A DNA stretch of 64,000 bases, from NCBI RefSeq assembly GCF_009834535.1, contig NC_045698.1, forward strand, positions 12,650,001 to 12,714,000, given 5' to 3'. Below, piece by piece: positions 52,295 through 64,000 of the stretch (position 1 is the first letter of the stretch; every line of letters begins with the position of its first letter). Source of the stretch: Camelus ferus (lineage: Eukaryota). The notes beneath the pieces are model-generated. The model was not told the DNA's origin and did not search any database. It saw nothing but the letters and a program-made list of their open reading frames with translations. A program made the translations under genes and the position numbers.

Positions 52295-52648
52295 CATAGG
52301 TTAAAGCTCTAATCCACAATGTGACTGTGCTTGGAGATAGAGCGTTTAGGAGGTAATTAGGGTTAAATGAAGCCTAAAGTTGGGGCCCTGGTCCTATAGA
52401 ATTGGTGTCCTTCTAGGACGAGATACCAGAATGCTCTCTCAAACTCTCTCTCTCTCTCTTTCTGCCCCAACTAAGTGAGGGCACAGCAAAAAGGCAGATA
52501 TCTGCAAGCCAGGAAGAAGGCTCTTACCAGAAATCACACCAGCCAGCACCTTGATCTTGGACTTCCCAACTTCTAGAACTGTGAGAAATGAATTTCTCTT
52601 ACTTAACTTACCCAGTCTGTGGTATTTTGTCATTAGCAGGCTAACACA
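52295..52648 (+). mobile_element. MaLR LTR (MLT1A-like)
   Basis: caatgtgactgt..ttggagatag.g..tttaggaggtaatta.ggttaaatga...gcaccttgatcttggacttcc...agaactgtgagaaat...ctaacaca. Confidence 0.9.
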
Positions 52649-53072
52649 ATATAGTTGGAATTATGAATGGAATTAGTTTCCTGAATAAGTATTTTGATAA
52701 TTACCAATTCTAATTATTCTTCATATTTCTCTTATTTGAATGGTAACCAGTTTACACTTGACAGAATAAATAGTAGCAGATTGAGAAAAATTTATAGATA
52801 TTTTAAGTTAATTAAAAATATAAATTCATTTAATTATTTTTTGGATGGGGTCTTGACTTTCTATATCCTGAAAATATTGTTGGTGTTTTCTTGCTGTAGA
52901 GTAAATTTTGAGTCCTGGGGATAGTAAGAACGCTCACTGTGTAGGCTCTGTTGTATTAAGGTAAATTCTGTGCCAGGAAGTTACTTGAAGGCTCTTCTGG
53001 AAATGTTTTTCTAAGTCATTGTCCCCCTGGGTAGCAAATACTGCCGCATCTACACTTAAGAAAACTATTACA

Positions 53073-53946
53073 GACATTCACTTGGCCAACAGGCACATGA
53101 AAAAATGCTCAATATCACTAATTATCAGAGAAATGCAAATCAAAACTATGATGAGGTGTCACCTCACACCAGTCAGAATGGTCATCATTCAAAAGCCCAC
53201 AAATGATAAATGCTGGATAGATTGTGGAGGAAAAGGGAACCCTCCTACACTGTTGGTGGGAATGTAGTTTGGTGCAGCCACTGTGGAAATCAGTATGGAG
53301 ATTCCTCAAAAAACTAAACATAGATTTACCATATGATCCAGCAAACTCACTCCTGGGCATATATCCAGAAGTCATTCTAATTTGAAAAGATACAGCCACT
53401 CCAGTATTCATAGCAGCACTATTTACAATAGCTAAGGCATGAACAACCTAAATGTCCATCGACACATGACTGAATAAAGAAGCTGTGGCATATTTATACA
53501 ATGGAATACTACTTGGCCATAAAAAGAATAAAATAATGCCATTTGCAGAAACATGGATGGACCTGGAGATTGTCATTTTAAGTGAAGTAAGCCAGAAAGA
53601 GAAAGAAAAATGCCATATGACATCACTTATATGTAGAATCTTAAAAAAAGATATAAATGAACTTATTTACAAAACAGAAACAGACTCACAGACATAGAAT
53701 ACAAACTTATGGTTATCAGGCAGGAGTAAGGGGTGGGAGGGTATAAACTGGGAGTTGGAGATTTGCAGATATGACTATACATAAAATAAACAACAAGCTA
53801 ATACTGCATAGCATAGGGAACTATACTCAACATCTTGTAGTAACATACAATGAAAAAGTATACATGTATGTATATGTATGACTGAAACGTTATGCTGTAC
53901 ACCAGAAATTGACACAAAGTTGTAAACTGACTATATGTCAATAAAA
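53073..53946 (+). mobile_element. 5'-truncated L1 with perfect 15-bp TSD
   Basis: ORF2 C-terminal remnant ([21 protein letters not shown]...HLTPVRM). TSD aagaaaactattaca at 53058-53072 and 53947-53961, preceded by TT (an L1 endonuclease-type site). Confidence 0.97.
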
Positions 53947-55310
53947 AAGAAAACTATTACATCATATTAAAATGGTTCAATTGTCATAACACACCTGAAT
54001 CTTTTCTTTTCACTAAAGTATTTTTATTACTATTTTTTTAAGAGTGAAAACTTGCTCATAGGGCTTTTTCCATGAGAATTGGAGACTGATTTCTTTGATT
54101 TTCCTTCTTATCTCCTCCCCAACAGAAGCTGCATGTTTTGAGAGTAACCACTGGGTTACAAGCAAAATAGCCCTAAATAAGCACAAATACTTTCCAACGA
54201 ATGGTCATTTCTGGTATGATCTTAGATTTAAAAGCATCAAATTGACTGGGCCAAGACTGCCACCAGCATCCTGTAGCTCAGATCTCAGGCTTTACCCATG
54301 GATACATGTGTCTTGTAATGACAGTGCCTTCTTCTTTTAAAATCTAAACAGAGAAGTGTAGACAGGTGGTCTAATCAAGGGCCAGAGAAGTTTTGCCATT
54401 TTTGAATGGGCTTTTGAATTTGTCATTAAACTCAATATATACTTGTGTTATCAATTATGTGAAAACACAATTTTTTAGTAGGTAGAACCCATGTTTGCTA
54501 ACAAAATCTATTTTCTCTCTCTCCTTGTGTATTGTTTTTTGATATTGATTAAGTGTAGATCTATTCATTCCACAGATTTGACTGTGTACCTACTATGTGT
54601 CTGGCATAATGAGAAATGCTGTTGATACTCAGATACAAGGTACAGCGCCTGCTCACAAGCAGATAGAACTATTTATTAAATAAAGGTGGCAAGTTTGCAC
54701 AACTGACCACATGCGAAGAGAGTAAAGAGGACCAGAATCTAGGATGATGTACAGATTTCTGGTTTCAGTTATTGAACTCATGGGGAGTATAATTATTTTG
54801 ACAAAGAACATGTTGGCACCTTATTTCTAAATAGTGGCAGGCTGGAAACCAGATCAAACTCCCCAATTTTGTCTCCTTTAACATATTAATGAAATGTACG
54901 TTCTAACTATGAGAACTATATTCAACTATGATTTGAAGACTGGATTCATTTCCTTCCCTGTTGCCTTGGGGAACAAGAAGTGAATTTCATGGACAAGCAA
55001 TTCATCATTTGAAAGAGCTGTTAACACTTGGATTTGTCATTGATTGCTGAGATAATTTACAAAGAAGTTCAATGTGTGCCTCACATGGTAGGCTGATCAT
55101 TGCCATGTCTATTTTCGAACTGTTAATTAATATGCATTTTGTTGTGTTGTTCTTGGTATTCTGACCCAAATTGACTACATGTATACACACTTATACAGGC
55201 TTATTAACATAAAATTGGATCTGGAGAGCCCAAGGTTTTTAGTAAATGAGTTATTATTTCTTTAAAAAATTCACAGTGTCTCAAAGTGCTTCCTCTGACA
55301 ATAGAAATAT

Positions 55311-55770
55311 TGTTGGAAGACAATTGTCCACAAGCCATTAGTATTTCTAGATGTCATGTGAGTGAAGGGCTGACCTTTGTTCTGGAATATCTTTTCATGG
55401 ATATGTGTACTGTGAATAGACTTGGAAGACAGAGATGGTGTTCCCCTCTGGAGCAAAGGGCAGGCATTTGTGGTGCCCATCATAAAAGACTTGGGTTTCC
55501 TAAATTAAGGGTTCCTCTACTATAACACAACCTGCTATGTATGCAGATGTCATCTGTCCCTCTTTTCATCATTCTGCAAGACTAGGGGTCTGGGGAACTG
55601 GCACCAAAAATTCTGACACTCTGGTTACTGCTATTGCTATGATTAAAAACTGTCCTTTTTCTCTGACTCAGGAGTCTTGTGTCTTGTACCAGCATCCATG
55701 AAATTTCTGGCAGGATAACTTGTCAGCTTGCAAGTAGGGTGAATTCTCAGATCCTCCACAGCTCTTGACA
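55311..55770 (+). mobile_element. ERVL LTR (LTR40-like), solo
   Basis: tgttgg.agacaatt.tcca...ctggagcaaagggcagg...ataaaaga.ttggg.ttcctaa...tctctgac.caggagtct.gtgtct...cttgaca. Confidence 0.8.
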
Positions 55771-56104
55771 GTTACCATATTTCAGGTTTTTATCTTCTAA
55801 TCCATAGGCTCTATATTCCACCATCAAATATAAAACATTTTCCAGCATTAATAAGGTATAACTCTAAGTTATAGATCAAATACCAACAAAAAAAATTTAT
55901 CCGATTTTTCTTGTGATTGCAAATAAATATGATGTCTATGATACTCCACATTTACTATATATCATAATTTAAAAATCTTATTGGGAAATATTGGAGTATA
56001 AGAGTACATTCAAAAGCAAAAGCTTTTGTGAAAATGTGAAAGTTACCAATTATTTACAGATAGTTTATTTTCAGTACACTTAAATGCAAGCACAATAAAT
56101 GTTT

Positions 56105-56285
56105 TCCTTTTTTTTGTTTTTGTAATCAACTTTATTGAAGTATAATTTACGTCCAATGTAGACTGCATCCATTTAAAGTTTACAATTTGATGACTATCGA
56201 GGGTTGAATGTGGTTGTAAGACTACCATTGTAATCAAGACACAAGACATTTTCATCACCCCAAATGATTCCTGGTACCCTTTTTC
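56105..56285 (-). mobile_element. Ancient L1 3' terminus (L1MB/ME-like)
   Basis: caactttattgaagtataatttac...tgca.ccatttaaagt.tacaatttgatga...acattttcatcacccca. Confidence 0.8.
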
Positions 56286-59200
56286 ATCCCTTTTCAATGA
56301 ATTTTGGTAACAAATGCAAGCCCTTTACAATGGGACACTCCAAGAACAATTTCTACTGAGGAACTTTTGCCAGTTTCCCAATTTTATTTCCATTTTCAAT
56401 CATTTCAAGAATGAATATTTGATTTTTTCCCTTAAATATTTTCCCTGACAGTTCCTCAATCTAGTCTTTTCCTCTCTTCCATTTCCCTTGGAGCAGAAGG
56501 GCTGAGTAATATTCATGAGCTCATATAAATGGAATAAATAGCATGAATTTGAAACATACAAAGATTAAGTTGCCTGGCAGAAAAAAAAATCACATTCATA
56601 AAAAATGAAGACAGGTGTTAGTGTACTAGAGTGTGGAAACTAATCATGGAAGCAATGAAAAATGGTAATTATTTGTGTAATTAAGTGATAGATTATATAT
56701 AAAAGATATACTTCTTTGTTGACATTAATCATGATGTTTGATTTTAGGGTTTTTTTCTTCACTCAGTAATTGATATGTTTCTAGGGAAGCTTTTTTCAAG
56801 TATTTGTTTTCATCTGCCTCTTCATAATCATGGCTCTCAAATCCAAGGATGGATTTTGAATAGTGTATTTCTCTCAGCGTGTAAAATAGGTCACATGGGT
56901 TACTTTGTCTTGAGACCTTTCAAAGAATGGAATGTGGGCAGAATTTGCAAAGCAGCTTTCCCACAGCAATAGTTATATGTGAAGGACAAGGCACATGTTC
57001 TAATTTTAAATGTGAAATAGGGCTAAATCATATATTTGGTTAGAGCTTTTCCAGTTGTTATGTGATTTCTGATTTATCAAACACCCATTTTCTCTCTTTT
57101 CTCATCAGTTTCGAGAGTAAACTTTATTTTTAAAAATTTGGATGGAAATCGTAGTCTTCTGTCTGCTCTACCTAAAAAGAAGGACATATTCCAAACAGTT
57201 TGGAAAACTATGAAATTGAAAACTTGAAGTCACTTATCTAGAATTTTTACATCACTCCTCTCTCAACCTCCCACTTCTTACTGGTGAGAGTTTTTTTTTT
57301 TTTTTTTTCTTCTCTTAGTTTGAGAAGAAACACATGCAGCAACTCTAAAAATGTAAAATAAAGCAAGTTTCTCTGATTAGTCTGCAATCTCTCTTTCCTT
57401 TTGCATCTGGAAATGCTTAGGTAGACATGTTGAAATCCACAGCACACACATTTTATCCCTGTGTGTCTGTTTGCATCTTCCATGCCATTTTGCAGCCATG
57501 CCTGTCTTTTGTTAAGAATGAGATGATCAAAACAAGAGCAATAAAAATTTTAAATCAACATCCCACCATCCCTTTTCAGCATTAAATATGGGACAATTTT
57601 TGTGTCTTTTCCAAAAAATAGTCTACCATAAGGAGCAATTAGTAATTCGAATTTAAGCGGGGGGTGGAGGGGTGGAGGGGTGGGTGAGGGACCTTACAAG
57701 GTCTGTTCCACTTACAAACATATTGTATAGCCTTTATTATAATTTAGAACAACATTATTCAATTGGACTCTGAATTTCTAAGTGTCACACTACAGTTAAA
57801 CTGTAATTAGAAAGTACTTGGCTTAGTGTGGGGCGGGTTAGCTGGGGTTCTGTTTGTTAGAATTAGATCAACTTCTGGTGCATCAAATGCCTAGCGGTAT
57901 CTTTTTGTGAATCACCCACCCAGATAAAGAAATATTCTAATTTACACGAGATGTCCAGTATATGACAGTAGAACATTAGGTGGGTGTGGGGCTGTTACAC
58001 CTTCACGTGGATTGAGGTTTAACAGTATCCTATTTTCCCTATTTGGTTTCCAGCAGAAACAGTGTGATGATTTATACCTGAGATCCTTGTTGCTCCGTAC
58101 CTGGTCAGGATTATCCGTCAGTTCATAAGTATGGGGTGCTTTGATCTAAGGGAAAAATTTTTCTTTGGTTACTTTTGTTTTCATTTGTTTGTTTGGTTGC
58201 TTTCACTGCTATACCAGTTCATAGAGGACAACACCATAATTGGGAAATAAAGCAGACGTGTGGGGGCCAGCCAAATAAGGAGTTCACTAGACTGAGAAAG
58301 CAAAGCTCAGGGAAGACTGAAAAATTGTAGTAAGAGTTGGAGTCGGGGTAACAGAAGCAACTGGTTTGTAGATAAGATAAAGGCTAGTTCAGGATCTAAC
58401 TTCATAAAGGGAGTGCACTTGCCCTGGCTGAATACTAAGTGAGTATGGCCAAAGGACGCGATGGGCTGGAGAGGCTGGTTTTGGAATATGGACTTGGTCA
58501 AGATTTCTGGTCCAGAGAAGTTCACCAAGGGGTCAGTGGGTACAAATGCATGTAAGAAACACAAATCAGGTAATAGAGATCAGAAAGCCAGAGAAGACTC
58601 TTGGAGGATCAAGATCCAGGGACCTATGTCTGTAAAGAAAACATCAATAACCTTGACCAAAGATTAGGAAAAAGTCAGGCTCTCAGCACAGGGTCTGAGC
58701 TGTGTGGTACCAAGAACAAGAATAAAGCTTGATTTCAAGGCGTAATGTAAGTACCACAACATCTTCTCCTGCCTGTGTGTGTGCAGAACCGATGTGCAAT
58801 TTCGAGAAAGCCTGAGAATGCACTTTGTAGGAAGTAAGTTCTATCTGATCAGAGTGTTTGAGCAAATGGAAAGAAGTTTATTTTCTGATGCATTGTTCAA
58901 AACTGGAACATGTCTGTTATTATTTTAAAACAAATACAGAGGGACGCTTTTAATATAGATGATAATACTCAGGAATGAACAAGGTGTAATCTCTTCAAAA
59001 CATCGATTCTTTACATTGAAGCTTAGAAATATCTGCCAATTAATTTTCTCATTAGCTCATGCACTTACTCACAAATATTTACTAAATGTCCACAGTACAT
59101 AATGTCTTACAAAATCTTAAAAACTTTAATACTAACTTCTATTATTTGTATGTTTAGAATTTCAATAGCAGAGAGTCAATAATTAACATTATTAGCAATT

Positions 59201-59892
59201 AATAATGGAGTGACTGTTTAGGCAAGTTCAAGCTCTGGGGAATTATGAAACTTACCAGAAAATATTGATGACAATGGAGAGAAATAAAATAAGGTCACAA
59301 AATCCTGAAGTCGTGATTTGTGACTAGAATATTGATTTGAGAATGTATTATCTGAACCACTTAGCTACGATAATGGCAGAGTTCGGACGTCTGCATGGAA
59401 GTGGTGATTGATCGTGTGGTGATAGAGAAGTTGGTCCAAACCCCCTACACTGGGTGAAAAGAAATTGATTTGGCAGCTTCCTCTGCATTTGTTATTTGAG
59501 ATAATTTTAGCAGGGAACGCCAGGCTAAAGCGTTGGCTTATATTTATTATTTGAGATAATTTTAATATGGAATCCCAGAGTAAAGACATTTTTTGAGGGA
59601 CACTGGCTCGAGCTGTTGGCCAGAAATAAAGTCTAAAAATTTTCTCCTTACTTCCTATTTGTGACTTGTGGTTTGTTGAGCCAGTCATTGTATTTTCCTG
59701 AAAGAATGACTACTTTTATTTAGTTCTGTTTTAAACACAATGAGAGTACGTGGCTGGGTGTGAATAGAAACACAGCATGGGATGTATTGGGGCTGCAGGA
59801 GACAAACAAAGAGTTCAGGAATATGCTTCTTTACAAACTACAGAGCAAATATTATTTTGAATAAAACATTATTAATTAATTAATTTAGTGTA

Positions 59893-60007
59893 GGAGGAAG
59901 GTAAGTAAGTTTATTTACTTAGTTTTTTTAGTGGAGGTATTGGGGATTGAACCCAGGACCTCATGCATGCTAGGCATGTCCTCTACCACTGAGCTATAAC
60001 CTTCCCC
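59893..60007 (-). mobile_element. tRNA-derived SINE (Vic-1-like)
   Basis: ggaggta.tggggattgaacccaggacctc.tgcatgcta.gcatg..ctctaccactgagctata.cc.tcccc. Confidence 0.92.
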
Positions 60008-61259
60008 AACTAGAGAATTATTTTCAATTACAAATTATCCTCAGGAAGTTTTATATTCTTTTTTCCTTAAGCAAACTTTAGGTATGTATTATTTTAATCA
60101 GATTAAGAGTCTTGAAAGGAGTCAAGGTAGAGATTTAGAAAAAGAGGGTTTTTTTTGTTTTGTTTATTTATTTATTGTATTGTTTGTTTGTTTGTTTGTC
60201 TGTTTTGGTAAAGATGAGAGACTTTGGGCAGCTAGTGGGAAAGATGATGATACTGGAAACAGGAAGAACCATAGATAAGAGGCAAGACAAGGAGAAGGTT
60301 TCAGAAAGGGAAGTAAGAGGAGTATTACTGAGTTTGCCCTGGAATTGAGTGCCATCAACCTTGCCTCTTCTTCCTGAGTTAATTATTAGAGCCGTTAGTG
60401 TTATAAATTTCAGTGTCCTTCAGTTTGACCCTGAGTACCTAAAGCAGGTAATTCAGTAGTCTCTTGTTTTGATGGGTTACTCCCTATTTAAATTCTACTC
60501 TTTCTGGGAGTAGAGAAGAGTGAAAAAGAGAAGAAAAAAATTAAAAATAAAAAGGAATAAGAATCTTACAAGACATTTTTATCTTTATTTGTTTGGCTGT
60601 TAATGTCATTAATCTTTCATAAATACTTGAGTCTTTTCCTGATTTCTAGGCCCAGTGAATGCTAAAGTTATGCCAAGAATTAACTCTCTGCTGACATAAT
60701 AGATTCATGTTATATGAATCTTTAAGACAGGAAAATTTAACTATCACTTGACTATGGGAAAAATAGACAGAAAAAGAATATATGTATAGGGAGTGATTAC
60801 ACTGTTCACTCCATTCAGTGAGTGTGTGCTTTGCCATGAGAATGAGATGGGAGACAGGAGCTGGAATCCCTCAACCTCAGTTCCTGGGTGTTATTCATGG
60901 AGTGAGCATTGCAGAGTGCTGAGATTCTGGTTTGTTTAAGTAACCAATGGATCGACCTACAAGTTGACCCTTACTTGATCCTTCTTGGGTCAATCCTTCA
61001 TCCACAATTTCAAAATGGGAAACTAACAGGTTTCTATTTTTCTAATTCATTTAGTGTCAAAACCCAACCTAAATTGATGTGAACATTTTTTAATAGTCTT
61101 TATCCTATAATTTAATATTTATACACTTAACCTCAGAAGTAATTAATGTGTTTGACTTTTGAATGTTTGAGATATTTCATAAAATATTGCATATACTCAT
61201 ATTGCTTAACACCCCAATAAATTTGGCCTAATGGCCAGATTGAGGAGAAGAGAATTACT

Positions 61260-61375
61260 TTATTTAGTCCTTATAACAACCTCATAAGGTAAATACAACA
61301 TTATACCAATGGAGAGACCTAATGAGGTTAAGTAACCTACTTGAGGTCATAGAGCTAGTAAGTAGAGAAGCAGGC
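61260..61375 (-). mobile_element. MIR fragment
   Basis: atttagtccttataacaaccc/t...gaggttaagtaac..acttgaggtca.a.agctagtaagt. Confidence 0.65.
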
Positions 61376-61849
61376 CTGTTGAATTTTTAAAACTGTTTTA
61401 CATGTGTTTCCCCTCTTTTGTTTTAAAGTAAGTGTGGGAAAATGCCCCAGGAGTGTATGAAGTATATATTCTGTTCTAAGTCCTTTACCCCATGCTTCTC
61501 TAACTTATTTCTCAGATCTACTGATGAACAGTTTTGTGTATATCTTTCCAGACTTGTTTTCTGTCTCATAAATGTAGACACATATAGTAAAGTGTAAAAT
61601 GTAAGTCTATACACTCAAGAGTATAAGAAATGCATCTGTATATTTCTCTTAAATGTCATTTCTTGTTTAAGCCCCCATTCCAAGATTAGAAGAAATAAAA
61701 TCTCAGAGCATAGGATTATCTCAACCGATTCAAGATTTCCTCAGGGAAATCATCCCTGCCTTCCCACCTGGAGGTCAGGTCTGAAATCAAGAATGAGTTG
61801 GTGAAGGTTGCATCTACTCCTCCGTTGTTGTCTTCTTTTCACACTTGCA

Positions 61850-64000
61850 GCTGCCAAGATGTTTTATTTTTTCATTGCTTGCTGTAGGCGTTGCAAGATA
61901 TATCTTTAATTTATCAGGTGTTACTTTAAATTAATATTTATTACCTTATGTGAAATGTTAGGATCTTACAATTGTGTAATTTCATTTACCACTCTTCCAG
62001 GTATTTTTTTCATACTATCACATATTTTACTTTTCTCTGTATTTTGTTTTTGTTTTTTGAGGAGGGTAATTCGGTTTTTATTTAGTATTTAGTTTTTAAT
62101 GCAGGTACTGGGGATTGAACCCAGGACCTTGTGCATGATAAGCACATGCTCTACCACTGAGCTATACCCTCCCATCACCTTTTTCTCTGTATTTTAAGGT
62201 TCACAGTACATCAACATTTTTTCTTACGTTAAATGGTCAATTGACTTTTAAATAAATTAAGAAAATCATTTTTTAATATTGACTAGAATGTTTACTAGTT
62301 CTTGTATCTTTATTCCTTCATGTAGACCTGCTTTTCCATTTTGTTTTATTTCCTTCAGCCCTACAGAATTTCCTTTAGCATTTCTTGTAGTGAGGTTTTG
62401 CCTATAATAAATTTTCTTAGCTTTGTTTGAAAATAACTTTGATTTGCCTTTATTTGTTGAAGGATATAGTTCCTGGTGGAAAAAAATAAATTGAGAGATA
62501 TTTCATTTAGCATTTTAAAGATATCATTCCATTATCTTCTATCTTCCATCATTTCTGGATGAGAAGTCAGTTATAATTCTTACGGCAGTTCCCCTGAACT
62601 GATGTGTTGTTTTTTCTCTGATTGGAATTAATACTTTTCTTTAATATCTTCCTTTTTCTTAATTATCATTGGTTTTCACTAGTTTGAAAATAAGGTGCCT
62701 ATATATGTTTGTCCTGTTTGAGGTTCATATGGTGGGGTTGAGGGGTGTCTGCTGATGTCTTTTTATTGGTTTGGAAATGTTTTAGATATTTTCTCTTTAA
62801 GCATTCTTCTGTCTCATTCTTATTTCTTTCTGGATCTTCAGTTACATATGCCAGATCATAAAATATTGCCCCACAATATTATATACTTCATTATTTTATT
62901 TTATTTTTTTTAGTTTTTATCTTTGAGTTAATTAACTGGTTCTTTCTTCTATAGGTCTAGTCTGATGTTAAGCTGCTTTAATGAAATTTTTAGTTCTGAT
63001 ATTGTATTTTCAGTATGTAATTTCTATTTGGTTCTTTTTTTTTTCTCTTCTCCTTCTCCTTTTTCATTTTTTGGTTTATACTCTGCTGAGGTTTCATATC
63101 TGTTCTATTTTTCCATCATTTATTCCTAAATTCTTTAGTAGAATTCTGTTAATTATTTCAAAGTCTTTGTTAAGTTCAACATCTAAGTCTTATGTGGGTT
63201 AGCTTCTTCTGATTAATTTTCTTTTCATTAGTTTGGTCATATTTTCATACTTTTTGTATGCCTATTAATTTTTAATTGGATAATGAATATTTTGGATAAT
63301 AAACCTTCTAGATTGTTGTTTTTTTCTAAAGAGTGTTAAATTTTGTTCTGAAAGGACCATTAATTTACTAATTTAGCATAGTCCCTCGATCTTTTGGAGA
63401 CTTGGTTTTAGGGTTTGTGCGTGGATGCTTGTTTTGGTTTTGCTGTTAATCCCATGCCATAGACTTTAGTAATAATGCATGTTTCTTACTCCTAAGGTGT
63501 AGCCCTTGTAGAGTTTCAGTGAAAAGTGAAGGTATTTATCAAGCTCTGTTAGCCAGGCTAGATTTGAACCTCAAACTCTCTCCACTATTGGGTAGCTGCT
63601 GATATAGTTTTTTTTTTTTTCAATATAGTTATTAATCCTTTCAGCTGCTGCTTTCAGCTGAGTCCCTTAGATTCTCACCATAAACATGTACAGTTTAGGT
63701 GTAGCCCGAAGATTTGAAGAAAATTTGTATGCAACTTGTGAAATATTTCCTCTGTGTTTCTTTCCTCTATGAAATTTTTCTTCCAATTTACTGCTCTGCT
63801 AAGCAGCCCTACACTCCACGCTTTGTGTTCTCTTCCCAATAGGGTATTGTTTACTGGTTTGTTTCTGTTCTGTCTCTAGACTTCAATAAGCCTAAGAATG
63901 TTCTCAAGGGAAAAGTCCACTAATTATGGAGCTCACCTAGTGTGGTTCCCTTCTCTTAAGGATTGTATCATCTTCAGTTTCTTCATGCCTTTGGGTTATA
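61850..64000 (-). mobile_element. Ancient L1M ORF1/ORF2-start region (runs off the window end)
   Basis: ttcctttagcatttcttgtagtg...ttgaaggatat.gtt.ctgg...cattccattatcttct...tgagaagtcag. Confidence 0.75.
62046..62179 (-). mobile_element. tRNA-derived SINE (Vic-1-like) with perfect TSD
   Basis: ggtactggggattgaacccaggacct.gtgcatg.taagcacatgctctaccactgagctataccctccc. TSD ttttctctgtatttt at 62031-62045 and 62181-62195. Confidence 0.95.

Noticed and set aside
1..64000. CRISPR array, operon or other prokaryote-type system
   Set aside because: The sequence is mammalian and repeat-rich; there are no regularly spaced repeat-spacer arrays or dense long ORFs.

Overview
This is AT-rich mammalian genomic DNA, most likely camelid: it holds five copies of a tRNA-derived SINE resembling the camelid Vic-1 family and several related 5'-truncated L1 3' ends. 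Most of the window is interspersed repeats (L1, L2, MIR, MaLR/ERVL LTRs, MER82, MER5A), often with readable target-site duplications (TSDs) and nesting. I recognise no intact protein-coding gene, and the supplied ORFs are L1 ORF2 remnants or chance ORFs. The best non-repeat signals are four. (1) A GC-rich, stop-disrupted minus-strand gene fragment at ~34.56-35.63 kb that still appears to carry a 189-nt GT-AG intron; the parent gene is not identified. (2) A chain of well-formed minus-strand splice-site pairs (24121-24049, 13510-13395, 13166-13077) downstream of a promoter-like patch near 30 kb, suggesting an unannotated spliced transcript. (3) An AG|GTGAGT junction at 12996. (4) CpG enrichment inside ancient repeats at ~20-23.5 kb. 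Repeat subfamily names come from recalled consensus sequences and need RepeatMasker/Dfam confirmation. I cannot support a claim of a new biological system from the sequence alone.
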